DNA of 64,000 bases from Vulcanimicrobiota bacterium (GTDB lineage: Bacteria > Vulcanimicrobiota > Xenobia > Xenobiales > JADMJV01), in NCBI GenBank assembly GCA_050250895.1, contig JBFWNU010000005.1:96001-160000 (forward strand). Direction: 5' to 3'. The position numbers and the translations under genes are program-made. Below the pieces are notes generated by a model. That model saw only the letters and a list, made by a program, of their open reading frames with translations. It did no database searches and had not been told where the DNA came from. Shown here one piece after another: positions 1 to 9,349 of the stretch; the stretch's first letter is position 1; every line of letters starts with the position of its first letter.

Positions 1-508
1 GGCCACCCTCTCGGCGCCAGGTGACGTGCGCATCATGGGACGATTGGTAGGCAGCGCCGGCACCATTACCACCGAAGGTTCCTTTCGTCTGGCAACCCCC
101 TACGGTAGGATGCAGGGCACGGCCGAAACCAACTATTCCGAGGGCGGGCTCAACCTCTACTCTAAGGGTGATATCGACATTTCGGGCTATCGGGCTTACA
201 ACAATGACTTTCGCGAGATTAGCTTCCGCGGTCTGATTTACACCTGGGGAGACTTTCGCGCTTATACCGGCCATCCGGACGTGCCCGTCGATCGTTGGGA
301 CAAGAGTTCGTTCTATGGAGCTGTGGTGGCCTACGGCAGCGAACCCGGAGTCGGCACTCCCGGCAGCAACGGGCTAGGTTCTATCGACATGATGGCTTCC
401 GAGATCAATCTCTGGAATCACGTCGATAGCGTGACCGACGCCCTCGACATCGCCGCGGCCTCGGCCCCCCAGAGCCTCGAGCGGGCCTATTACACCATCC
501 ACCAGTAG
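1..508 (+). CDS. C-terminal part (5'-truncated by window edge) of a PilX-like large protein, paralog of 52836..55262
   Basis: ISFRGLIYTWGDF...FYGAVVAY resembles VDFRGLVYTNGNF...VNGSLVAH near the end of 52836..55262; stop at 508. Confidence 0.55.
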   Translation, partial: ATLSAPGDVRIMGRLVGSAGTITTEGSFRLATPYGRMQGTAETNYSEGGLNLYSKGDIDISGYRAYNNDFREISFRGLIYTWGDFRAYTGHPDVPVDRWDKSSFYGAVVAYGSEPGVGTPGSNGLGSIDMMASEINLWNHVDSVTDALDIAAASAPQSLERAYYTIHQ

Positions 509-603
509 TTTCTGGTGGGAAGTTAACAAAGCGATCACGCTTTGTTCATAGGCGAGCCCCTGGTTCGGCGATCGTCCAGCAATCCGCCGATAGACTAAAG
601 GCC

Positions 604-3600
604 ATGAATCCCGTCGGCACTGGCTCTTCGTCCTCCTCAGAAACCACCCGAACGACCCGGTCCAGGCCCAGCGAAACCTCGCGTCCCGACCGAGATTCCC
701 GCACCCGCCGTGAGGATGGTGAGGACCGCGTCGAGGTGGGGACCACCCGCAACCGCAACTCGAGCACCACCGCCGAGACTCCGGTGGTGATGGGTAATTC
801 GAATCAAGAACCGCCTTCCGGTCGCAGCAGCGGCGCCTGGCGGGTGGCCCATCAGGTGGTCAACCGCAACGATCGCGAAGCAGACACCATCGAGGTGCAA
901 GACGAAGACCGCAATGCCAACGCCGACGAAGAAGAACTCTCCGAGTTCGAGGCCCACGCCGAAACTCTCGAGAACTACTTCGAGGTCTTCGACAACCCCG
1001 GCGGGGGAGGCACCGATGGCACCGCCAGCAACGACGACATCGGGGATATCGCCAGCGGCGACTATGACCGGGACCGGGCTCGTGAGCGTCTGGTCGAGGC
1101 CGGAGTCGACCAGGCCCAGCTCGACGAGACCCTCGATGACATCGAAGCCACCGCCCGTTACTTTGATCAGAACACCGAGTCGCGCGACCGGGTGGATGGT
1201 GGCGACGATGGCGGAGATACCGATGGAAAGATCAGCCGCGGCGACCTGGATGTGGTGCTCGAAGAGACGCGGGAAAATCGCCACCGCGAACTTAGCGACG
1301 AGGATGCGGTCGGGTTACTCGATGAGCACTTCGATGTGCTCGACAACCCGGGCGGGGGCGGAACCGACGGCAAGATCAGCCGCGACGATCTCGAGCACAT
1401 CGCCGAAGGCGACTATGACCGCGACGTTGCCCGCCAGCGTCTGCGCGAAGCGGGCGTGGCCGAAGATCAGCTCAACGCCACCCTGGGCCGCTTAGAGAGC
1501 ACCGCCGATCACCTGCTCGATGACGAGCGCGGTATCTATCGCGACCTCGACATCGCCAACGATGGCGACCGCGATAGCGACGGCGACATCCGGCGTGGCG
1601 ACCTGGACAGGTATCGGCTGGACCATCGCCCCGACCCGGCCGAGGGGCCCAATCCTCTCGAGCCCAGCCAGGCCGAACTCGAAGAAGCGCAAGCGGCCTA
1701 TCAGGTCTTTCAAGAACCCGGGGCCCTCGAAGAGACCCTCGAGGACACCCCGCTAGCCGAACTGACCCAGGGTGAACTGTTGGCCCTGGCCCAGTTGGGC
1801 CAGGACAACCCCGAGGCCGCCGGCCTGCTGCAAGAGGCTGTGCTCGAGTCGGTGGAAGGGGCCGAAAGCCTGGAGCAGCTTCCCCAGGGACTGGGCTATC
1901 AGACCCTGCTGGCCGACCATCTGACCTCGCTCGACCCCGCTCGACTCGACGGCGATCAGACGGCCGCTCGCGAGCATCTCGGCGAACTGGTCCAGGCCGA
2001 CCTCGACGCTCGCCTCGACGAATTGCTCGACGACCGCCGGGGCGACAGCGAGGCCGATCTGGCCATCGACCGCTTCGTCACCGAGCTAGAAGATCTGGCC
2101 GCCACCAACCCGGCCCTGGGAAGCGAGTTGGCGGCTCGAGCCGAACAGACTCTGGCCGGGGCCGGTGACCGCCTGACCGACGTGCGGCGGGCTGACGACT
2201 CGACCTTCAGCAAGATCGGTCACGCTTTTACCGACGGTTTCAACGGCTTGGCCGGGTTTCTAGGCGATCGCCTGCGGGATATCGGCGACCTGGGGGGTCA
2301 GCTTCTGACCGCCCCGCTCCGGGCCTATGGTGAGGTGGCCGATTTCGCCCTCACCCAGGGCGGACGTCTGGCCGGTGGGGCCCTCGACGCGGTGGGAGCC
2401 GATGGGGCGGCGGACTTCGTGCGCGACACCTCGGCTTCGGCTGGCGACGCCGTCAACGGCGCCACCGACTTTGTGGCCGAGCAGCAAGAGAACCTGCTCA
2501 ACGGTTTCGCCGAGGGGGCGGCCGGGGCGGTGGAAGGCATCGCCACTCTGGTTACCAATCCGGTGGGCACGGTCCAGGGCCTGGCCGCCGTGGTCCAGGA
2601 CCCGTCCCTGCTGCTCGAGAGTTACAAGGACGTGTTGCACGAGCACGGCGTGGCCGGCTTGATCGGCAACATCGGGTTTGACGTGGTGGCCACCATCGCC
2701 ACCGGCGGCAGCGGGGCTGCCTCGCGCATCTCGAGTCGCCTGGGCAGTCTGGCCAATCTCACCGATGATCTGGGTCGGCTGGGACGGGCCGGCCGTCTGG
2801 CCGACACCGCCGGCGAACTGGGCACGGTGGCCCGGGTGGCCGACGACCTGGGTGAATTGGGCACAGTGGCTCGGGTGGCCGATGATCTGGGTGAGGCGGG
2901 TACCGTCGCTCGAGTGGCCGAGGCGGCTCCCCGGCCCCGCAGCCGGCGCCCGCTGAGCGAAGACGAACTGGGCGTGCGCCAGCGAGCCAATCAGTATCTC
3001 GACGAAAACTTGGACCAACTGGTAGACGAATACGGCCAGCGCTTCGGCAACATCCTCGACCTCGATAACGCTCGCGAACTGTTCGACGAGTTCGCCGCCA
3101 GTCCCGAGGCCCGCTCGCGCTACGGAACGGCCATCCACGAGCCCTCGAACCGGCTTATCGACGAGGTGTTGGATCGCCGTCTGAGCGGTCCGGTGCGCGA
3201 AGGGGCCGAGCCCGAAGTGGTTTTCACCGCCGGGGGCTCGGGCTCGGGTAAGTCTTCGGCCATCGACGACCTGGGTGGGATCTACGACGATACCGACTTC
3301 GTCTTTGACTCGACCCTGGCCAACTATGACCGTAGTTTGAGCCGGATCGAGCAGGTGCTCGAGTCGGGTCGGGACGTCGAGATTGCCTATGTCTATCGCG
3401 ACCCGGTCGATGCCTTTGTCAACGGCGTGTTACCCCGCGCCGCCGAGACCGGTCGGGCTGTTCCCATCGAAGCCTTCGCCGCCTCGCATCAAAAGGTGGC
3501 CGAGACGGTGGCTCGACTGGCCGAACACTTTGCCGGTGATGAACGTTTTGGCCTGAGCGTCATCGACAATAGTCGGGGCGCGGGTCAGGCCGCGCTCTCG

Positions 3601-3741
3601 ACCTTGGACGATTTGCCCCTGAGAAATATCGATAATCTAACGGAGGTACTGTATGATCAACTGGAACTCGCACTTCAGGAAGGAAGGATTCCACACCATG
3701 TCTACGACGCGATCCTCCGCGAGCGACCCCCCTTCGGATAG
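604..3741 (+). CDS. 1045-aa multidomain protein: duplicated EF-hand-like region, Gly/Ala-rich linker, C-terminal zeta-toxin-like P-loop kinase
   Basis: DNPGGGGTDG twice and several DGKISRxDL-type loops; C-terminal FTAGGSGSGKSS, FDSTLAN, IAYVYRDP, RAAETGRAVP motifs typical of Zeta_toxin/AAA_33. Confidence 0.7.
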   Translation: MNPVGTGSSSSSETTRTTRSRPSETSRPDRDSRTRREDGEDRVEVGTTRNRNSSTTAETPVVMGNSNQEPPSGRSSGAWRVAHQVVNRNDREADTIEVQDEDRNANADEEELSEFEAHAETLENYFEVFDNPGGGGTDGTASNDDIGDIASGDYDRDRARERLVEAGVDQAQLDETLDDIEATARYFDQNTESRDRVDGGDDGGDTDGKISRGDLDVVLEETRENRHRELSDEDAVGLLDEHFDVLDNPGGGGTDGKISRDDLEHIAEGDYDRDVARQRLREAGVAEDQLNATLGRLESTADHLLDDERGIYRDLDIANDGDRDSDGDIRRGDLDRYRLDHRPDPAEGPNPLEPSQAELEEAQAAYQVFQEPGALEETLEDTPLAELTQGELLALAQLGQDNPEAAGLLQEAVLESVEGAESLEQLPQGLGYQTLLADHLTSLDPARLDGDQTAAREHLGELVQADLDARLDELLDDRRGDSEADLAIDRFVTELEDLAATNPALGSELAARAEQTLAGAGDRLTDVRRADDSTFSKIGHAFTDGFNGLAGFLGDRLRDIGDLGGQLLTAPLRAYGEVADFALTQGGRLAGGALDAVGADGAADFVRDTSASAGDAVNGATDFVAEQQENLLNGFAEGAAGAVEGIATLVTNPVGTVQGLAAVVQDPSLLLESYKDVLHEHGVAGLIGNIGFDVVATIATGGSGAASRISSRLGSLANLTDDLGRLGRAGRLADTAGELGTVARVADDLGELGTVARVADDLGEAGTVARVAEAAPRPRSRRPLSEDELGVRQRANQYLDENLDQLVDEYGQRFGNILDLDNARELFDEFAASPEARSRYGTAIHEPSNRLIDEVLDRRLSGPVREGAEPEVVFTAGGSGSGKSSAIDDLGGIYDDTDFVFDSTLANYDRSLSRIEQVLESGRDVEIAYVYRDPVDAFVNGVLPRAAETGRAVPIEAFAASHQKVAETVARLAEHFAGDERFGLSVIDNSRGAGQAALSTLDDLPLRNIDNLTEVLYDQLELALQEGRIPHHVYDAILRERPPFG
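2812..2919 (+). repeat. 39-bp (13-aa) intragenic tandem repeat, about 3 copies
   Basis: GELGTVARVADDL-GELGTVARVADDL-GEAGTVARVA in the translation. Confidence 0.85.
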
Positions 3742-3862
3742 CAAGGCCGAGCGGCGCCAACGCCGTCAGGAAAAGATGTTGGCGGCCCTCAACGCCGCGG
3801 CCGTCGAATCGGTGCAGCTGAGTGATGCCGCCAAGCAAGAGGCCGAGAAGAAGAAAGATTAG
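3698..3862 (+). CDS. 54-aa charged helical protein, candidate antitoxin/immunity
   Basis: AGGAAGGA SD-like run before ATG 3698; overlaps the last 44 nt of the toxin-like ORF. Confidence 0.45.
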   Translation: MSTTRSSASDPPSDSKAERRQRRQEKMLAALNAAAVESVQLSDAAKQEAEKKKD

Positions 3863-4245
3863 CGGCCGAGGTAGTAGTGAAGAGTTTCGCTCTCTTCGTG
3901 AGTCAGGTTGCGAAACTCCACCCCCGCGCGGTAGCCACCTTCGTGTTGCCAGACGCACCAGGCAAAGCGGCCGGTCAAGACCAGTTCTCGTTGCCCGAGT
4001 TCGAGGGTGATGGGGATTTCGATGCCCACCGGCAGCGGCTGAGATGAACTGATGCGCATTCCGGTGGCCGAGAGATTCTCGGTGGTCGTGATGTAGGAGG
4101 GCAGACCCAGCGAGCGGACGTTGACGCTGACTTCGTGGCGCTCGGCCCGCGGGGTGAGCAACCAGGCTTCAAGTTTTTGCAGGGTTTCGCTGGGCTCGGG
4201 TGGGGCCGGGAAGAACCTTCGGGTGATCGTCTGCATCCAGTTCAT
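3859..4245 (-). CDS. PilZ domain protein
   Basis: RAER and NLSATG c-di-GMP-type motifs, C-terminal AGVEF. Confidence 0.8.
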   Translation of the reverse strand: MNWMQTITRRFFPAPPEPSETLQKLEAWLLTPRAERHEVSVNVRSLGLPSYITTTENLSATGMRISSSQPLPVGIEIPITLELGQRELVLTGRFAWCVWQHEGGYRAGVEFRNLTHEESETLHYYLGR

Positions 4246-4322
4246 ACTCTTGATGATACCGGGTGCCCCCTAGCTCGTCGAAGAGGCGGATCTACCAATC
4301 ACCGTCTGGTAGGTGCATACTA

Positions 4323-5384
4323 TCAGAGGCGTCCATGGCGGCGCAGCCAGGCTTCGATGGCCTGGATCTGGTCTTCATCCTGACTCTCGCGATAATAGGC
4401 GATCAGGCGCTGGGACCAGTCGAGCACCTCGGGCTCGTGGCCCAGGCGATGAAAAAGCAGAATGTGCTTGAGCAGCATCTTTTCGCCGTGAGGGCGACAG
4501 CCCCGCAGGCGCTCGCCCACGGCCAGGGCCTCATCCAGCCGCCCCTGACGTTCGTAGAGTTCCATCAAGAAGAGACATTCGGCCTGGGCGAGTTCAAAGC
4601 TGGCCTGCTTGAGAAAGAGCTCGAAGCGAAGCACGGCCGTCTGCTCGTCCTGGGGGTCGAGGCGCATCAAGCGTAGGAGATAGTGATTGGCCTCATCGGT
4701 CTCTTCGCGGTCGAGCGAATTGCGGGCCCGGGCCAAGAGGGCGTCAGGGTTGTTGTCGAGCAACAACTGCTCGGCCCGAAAAACGGCGTCTTCTGCCCCC
4801 CGGGGAGCCGGCAACTGCAGCAGCTCGCCCAACTCGGTTTGCAATTGTTCGGCTGGCTCGAAGAAGGGGCGCACGCGGCGGGCGTGACCAAGACAGACCC
4901 GAGCTGCCCCCTTGTCGCCCTGGCGCGACAGGGCTCGGCCTTTGAGCACCCAGGGTAGGGGATCATGGGGATCTAGCGCGAGCGCCCTTTCGCAACAGGC
5001 GATGGCCCCGGCGAAGTCCTCCTGGGTCAACAACAGCTCGGCCCGGCTGGTCCAGGCCGGCAGATAGCCGGGATGCACCAGAATGGCCTGTTCGAGCTGG
5101 TTCAGGGCTTCTTCGATGCGTGCCATCCCCAGCAAAGCCACGGCGGCCAGATAGAAAGAGTCGGGGTCGTTGGGGCTCAGCCGCTGCAGCAGTCGAAGAT
5201 GATTGAGGGCTTCGTGATTCTCGCCTTCGCCCAGCAGGCACTCGGCTTTGCCCTTTTGGGCGCTGGCGTTGGTGTCTTCACAGGAAAGAACAGAATCGAA
5301 GTAGTGGGAGGCTTCACGGTACCGCCCCTGCCGCAGGTATGTCGACCCCAAGAAAAGCCACTCCTGGATTCTAGGAAGCTCCAT
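4323..5384 (-). CDS. tetratricopeptide repeat protein
   Basis: multiple 34-aa TPR-like helical units, e.g. A..CCERALALDP. Confidence 0.85.
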   Translation of the reverse strand: MELPRIQEWLFLGSTYLRQGRYREASHYFDSVLSCEDTNASAQKGKAECLLGEGENHEALNHLRLLQRLSPNDPDSFYLAAVALLGMARIEEALNQLEQAILVHPGYLPAWTSRAELLLTQEDFAGAIACCERALALDPHDPLPWVLKGRALSRQGDKGAARVCLGHARRVRPFFEPAEQLQTELGELLQLPAPRGAEDAVFRAEQLLLDNNPDALLARARNSLDREETDEANHYLLRLMRLDPQDEQTAVLRFELFLKQASFELAQAECLFLMELYERQGRLDEALAVGERLRGCRPHGEKMLLKHILLFHRLGHEPEVLDWSQRLIAYYRESQDEDQIQAIEAWLRRHGRL

Positions 5385-5501
5385 TCCCTCGATTATACCG
5401 TCTCAGAGTAGAGCTGTCACCCGGACAATCTTCCCAGGCGCTGGCAGGTGTAGTTGGGTACTCTGTGAAATTATGTCGGCCATCATAATTTCGGAGGCAC
5501 T

Positions 5502-6164
5502 ATGAACGTCAATCCTCGCCGTCGCCCGGACCTTTCGGTGGAATGGCTGCAAGCCGAGGCCCTGGTCTATTGTCAGCAGAGTCAGCGCGCCTTTTGGCTC
5601 AGTCCGGGCTGCGCTCGCCTGCTGGAACTGTGTGATGGAACCCGGGACGAGTCCCGATTGTTCGAGGAACTGGCTGGCGAAGATGGACCGACTTGCCTCG
5701 AGGCGCTCCGCTCCCAGGGTTTGCTCGAAGACGCTCACCTGATCCATCGGCGCGATTGGCTCACCGCCGCCGCGGGAGCCCTGGTCATGGTCGTCGGCGC
5801 TCCCTTGCCGGCCCTGGCTGCTTCTACCGCTTGCATCACCAACATCGACTGCTCGGGGGGAGGATTTGGTTGCAACCCTTGTGATATCGCCAACGGAGCC
5901 CCACCCGATTGCACCCGGACGCCACCCACCTTTTGCATGCAGCAGTTCCAGGTTCGCAAGATGCCCGACGGCACGCCCATCGGTTCGAGTTGCGTGGGCG
6001 ACACGCCGCGAGCCGTGCCCCGCAACTGCGAACCCGAGCAGGCGAGCGGGTTCTGGGATCGCAATTGCAACGTCGCCCGTCAGGCCGTGGTCGATCTTTG
6101 GCTGGCGCAAGCCGAGCCTCGGCCCGACAACGTCTCTGATTACAAATGTTGCTTCTGCTCCTGA
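5502..6164 (+). CDS. PqqD/RRE domain fused to twin-arginine-like leader and Cys-rich C-terminus
   Basis: EALVY...AFWLSP...LLELCDGTR...L..QGLL is PqqD-like; HRRDWL+hydrophobic+ALA; 12 Cys in the last ~113 aa; GGAGG RBS. Confidence 0.65.
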   Translation: MNVNPRRRPDLSVEWLQAEALVYCQQSQRAFWLSPGCARLLELCDGTRDESRLFEELAGEDGPTCLEALRSQGLLEDAHLIHRRDWLTAAAGALVMVVGAPLPALAASTACITNIDCSGGGFGCNPCDIANGAPPDCTRTPPTFCMQQFQVRKMPDGTPIGSSCVGDTPRAVPRNCEPEQASGFWDRNCNVARQAVVDLWLAQAEPRPDNVSDYKCCFCS

Positions 6165-6754
6165 GCTAGACTGATCCCCCTCACCTGGTTGAGCCGGACG
6201 ATCTCGGCCAGGTGAGAGAGGTTTTCGCGGGCGGCTGTGTAGTTCTGCAGGTGAGCAAACAGATGCCAGGCCGTCTGACCCGGGGTCAGCTGCGCTCGGG
6301 CCGGGCCTTCGACCCGGACCGCGGCCAGAGGATAAGGCTGCCTGGCGGGCTCGAGTTCGAGTGCAGCAGGCCCGTCGTGATAGGGATGCACAATCCCGTT
6401 GAAGTCGAGAAAGACGTGGCGCGAGGCCAATAGCTTGGCGCCCCGAGCACGCAGCTGCCCGACCCGTTCACCGGCGCGGACCGCGGCCGCCCCAAGATAG
6501 AGGTGGGCTCGCTCCTCGAGTTCGACGGCCAGTCCCCGCAAGGCGAGTTTTTCCACCGGGCGGGCGGCCACCGAAAGATGGACCAACCGATTGAGTTCTT
6601 CGAGGACCGGTTCCACTTCGAGCGAGCGCAGCCAGCGAAAGCTCCACTGATAAAGCAGAAAATAGCTGCGAAAGCCGCGAGGACGACGAGCCACCCCGGC
6701 CACGGAGAATAAGATCTGGGCCTGGTCCAGGGGCTCGACCCGCCATTCGGGCAA
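6140..6754 (-). CDS. degenerate HPr-kinase-related P-loop protein
   Basis: G.A....RA.LYLG, L.ARGA.LLA, LDFNGIVHPY, P.PLA, LTPGQ pattern of HprK-related proteins; no intact Walker A GKS/T. Confidence 0.4.
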   Translation of the reverse strand: MPEWRVEPLDQAQILFSVAGVARRPRGFRSYFLLYQWSFRWLRSLEVEPVLEELNRLVHLSVAARPVEKLALRGLAVELEERAHLYLGAAAVRAGERVGQLRARGAKLLASRHVFLDFNGIVHPYHDGPAALELEPARQPYPLAAVRVEGPARAQLTPGQTAWHLFAHLQNYTAARENLSHLAEIVRLNQVRGISLAQEQKQHL

Positions 6755-6940
6755 CAGAATCTCGCGGCGGACGCGTTCAGCCAGGGCCGGCTCTTGAAAG
6801 CGAAACCCTAATCTGGTGTGTTCCGGTTTGACCGAAAATCCTTCCGCCCAGACCAGGCGGTCGAGATCGTCTGTTCAGCCGCGTTTGGTAGCCATGTTCT
6901 CCCTCAAGAAATCTACTCTGAGGAAGAATTATTATGCTCG

Positions 6941-8014
6941 TCATAATCGGGTTCCTGCAGTCTGGAGTTCCCAAATGGCGGCGCTTCCGCCCGAGATGGT
7001 CAGGTTACGATCTGACCACCAGTCGACAAAGGAGGGGGCCTGAGAGTGGCTCAGGTTGGCCCTCGTCTGACCGTTCTGGGTATCCCACACCACCACCACG
7101 CGGCAATCGGGCGGGGTGGTGGCGGCCCAGCGGCCGTCCGGACTGAGCGTGTCCACCAGGCGAGTGGCCAGCTGGTTGTGCGAGAGGGCTCGGCCGGAAC
7201 GAGGCTCGAAGACGGTAGCTCGCGCCTCACCACGAACCAACAGGCGTTGTCCGTCTCGGCTGACCGCATAACCGCGCAGGCCGGCTTGCTCGAGAGGAGG
7301 GCCCAGAGGTTGGCCGGTGTCGGTCTGATAGAGGCGAGCATGATCGAGGTGGGGCCGGCCGCGAAAGCGGAAGCAGGCGGCCAACCACTGGTCATCGTGG
7401 CAAAAGTCGAGACCCGCTGGAGTGAGTCCGTCTTCGAACTGTCTGAGCAGGCGGCGCCGCTGCAGGTCAAAGATGCGAATGCCCTCTTCGAAACAGCCGG
7501 TGGCCAAATAGCGTCCGTCGCGACTGACCTGGCTGTGAAGCAGATAGGGCTGTTCGAGTCGCCAATAGAGTTTGAGGTTGGTGGCTTGCCACAGGTGCAG
7601 GTTGCCAGTGCCGCGGGCCATCAAGAACCGGCCGCGATAGGCCACCTCGCGCACCAGCGAATCGGTTTTGAGTCGTCTGGCTTTCCACTTCGGGGCCTCG
7701 AGCACGATGACGGTCTGACCCGAGGCGATGGCCAGGGCCTGACCGTCGCTGCGCCAACTCAAGCAGCGCAGCGGCGCCACCGGCGCCTCGATGGCGAACG
7801 GTTTGACCAGCTCTCCGCCGGTGCGGTCGAAGACGCCGACAAAGAAGCTATCGGCATTGCGACCCAGGGCTCCGGTCACGGCCTGGTCGTGGCTGACCGA
7901 AACCACCAGGTCCTGGCCGAATTCGGCCACTTTGCGGGCGGGGCTGTCCAACCAGCCAGAGAGAAGCTGGCCAAGCGCGGCCAAACAGAGAAAAAGAAGA
8001 ATCCTCGAGCGCAT
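6941..8014 (-). CDS. WD40 repeat protein with N-terminal signal/anchor
   Basis: repeats SDGQALA, SRDGRYLATG, SPDGRWAA, VVWD; hydrophobic N-terminus. Confidence 0.75.
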   Translation of the reverse strand: MRSRILLFLCLAALGQLLSGWLDSPARKVAEFGQDLVVSVSHDQAVTGALGRNADSFFVGVFDRTGGELVKPFAIEAPVAPLRCLSWRSDGQALAIASGQTVIVLEAPKWKARRLKTDSLVREVAYRGRFLMARGTGNLHLWQATNLKLYWRLEQPYLLHSQVSRDGRYLATGCFEEGIRIFDLQRRRLLRQFEDGLTPAGLDFCHDDQWLAACFRFRGRPHLDHARLYQTDTGQPLGPPLEQAGLRGYAVSRDGQRLLVRGEARATVFEPRSGRALSHNQLATRLVDTLSPDGRWAATTPPDCRVVVVWDTQNGQTRANLSHSQAPSFVDWWSDRNLTISGGSAAIWELQTAGTRL

Positions 8015-8025
8015 CCTCAGCGCTT

Positions 8026-9309
8026 CTAGTCTTCGGGAAAGGACCCTCCAAAGGCCTCGGCCAGGCTGCGCAGGCGCTGGCGGCGTCGGCCTTCGAGAGT
8101 GGCTGCGGCGGTGGCCGCCCCCAGCACCAGGCCGCCTACCGGGGTGAAGGCCGCGCCTGCCAGGGCCCCCACTGCCGCCCCGGCCACCATGCCCTTGAAG
8201 CCGAGCTTCCAGCCGGCCAGGTGGGGTCGCAGGTTATCGTAAAGCAGCCGCGTTTCGTGGGCGATGAGGGCCAGTAGCTTCTCGAAGCGCTCGTCCCGAC
8301 GCACCGTCAGGCCATCGGGTTCGAGCGTTAACGATTGCCCATCGGCGATCACTAAAAGCCCGGCCGGCCCTTTCTCCCAGGCTAGCGGTTCGGCCGTCAC
8401 TCCATCGACTACGAAGACGAGCTGGGCGGGCCTTTCGCTGAAAAGGATTTGAATCCAGAGGGCCGGGCCTGGCCGGTGAAAGAGTTCGCGGAAATAGGTC
8501 TGAGCGTTCCAGCCGGCCTGTTCAGATTGGCGTTGGCCCTGGACGAACTGCAGTCTCGCCGGGTTTTTGGCCAGATCGAGCGGAAAGATAACCGAGCGCG
8601 ACTCCTCGGGGGGCAGGGCGAAGCGCTCGGCCAACACGAAGGCGGCCGTCTCATGGGCCTGCTGGTCGAAGAGCTTGACCAACCCCCACAGGGGGCTGTT
8701 GATCTGGCGACCGTCCATCCACACCGGCACGGGGGAAAAGGCGCAGCGGGCGGCCACGGAGCGGTGTTCGGCCAGGCGACTCAGCAGGCGCGTATCGATG
8801 AGGCCTCGGCTGGGCGGAGCCTCGTGAGTGCGCGTCAGAGCTATAAACCGGCCGCGACCCGAGGGCTGCACATGGACCGTGGCGCCCTGCAGACCAAAGG
8901 CCAGATGGTAGGTGGTCTGACCGTCTGACCAGCGCAGGTCCAGGCGCTGCAAGTTGGTGGCCCGGCTAGCCTCGAGGCTGGCCGCCAGCTGGCTGAGCGC
9001 GGCCCGCTCGGCGCCGGGTCGGCCCAGACCATCGAGCAAGTCGTCCACGTCGAAGCGGGGCAGCTCGAAGGGGTCCTCGGCGACCACTCGGGTGCGCTCG
9101 ACCCGTATCCCGATGTTGACCCGGCGTGCGCGAGCCCCGACGGCGGCCTGGACGAACCTCAGCAAGTAGTGAGAAGGATCGGGATGCCCGGGCTGGTGGA
9201 ATCGCTCGACGAAGGGCCCCAGGCGGGCTGAATGCTCAAAAGTATGCGAAGTCCAACCCAGCCCCGGGGTTGTATCCAGAAACTTGTCGAGGCCGGAGGG
9301 GCTTTTCAT
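8026..9309 (-). CDS. hypothetical protein with C-terminal glycine-zipper membrane segment
   Basis: 427-aa ORF with typical codon usage; GAAVGALAGAAFTPVGG. Confidence 0.6.
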   Translation of the reverse strand: MKSPSGLDKFLDTTPGLGWTSHTFEHSARLGPFVERFHQPGHPDPSHYLLRFVQAAVGARARRVNIGIRVERTRVVAEDPFELPRFDVDDLLDGLGRPGAERAALSQLAASLEASRATNLQRLDLRWSDGQTTYHLAFGLQGATVHVQPSGRGRFIALTRTHEAPPSRGLIDTRLLSRLAEHRSVAARCAFSPVPVWMDGRQINSPLWGLVKLFDQQAHETAAFVLAERFALPPEESRSVIFPLDLAKNPARLQFVQGQRQSEQAGWNAQTYFRELFHRPGPALWIQILFSERPAQLVFVVDGVTAEPLAWEKGPAGLLVIADGQSLTLEPDGLTVRRDERFEKLLALIAHETRLLYDNLRPHLAGWKLGFKGMVAGAAVGALAGAAFTPVGGLVLGAATAAATLEGRRRQRLRSLAEAFGGSFPED

Positions 9310-9349
9310 CTCTGCCCCAGCTTTCCACGACGAACGGGCCCTACCTCCG

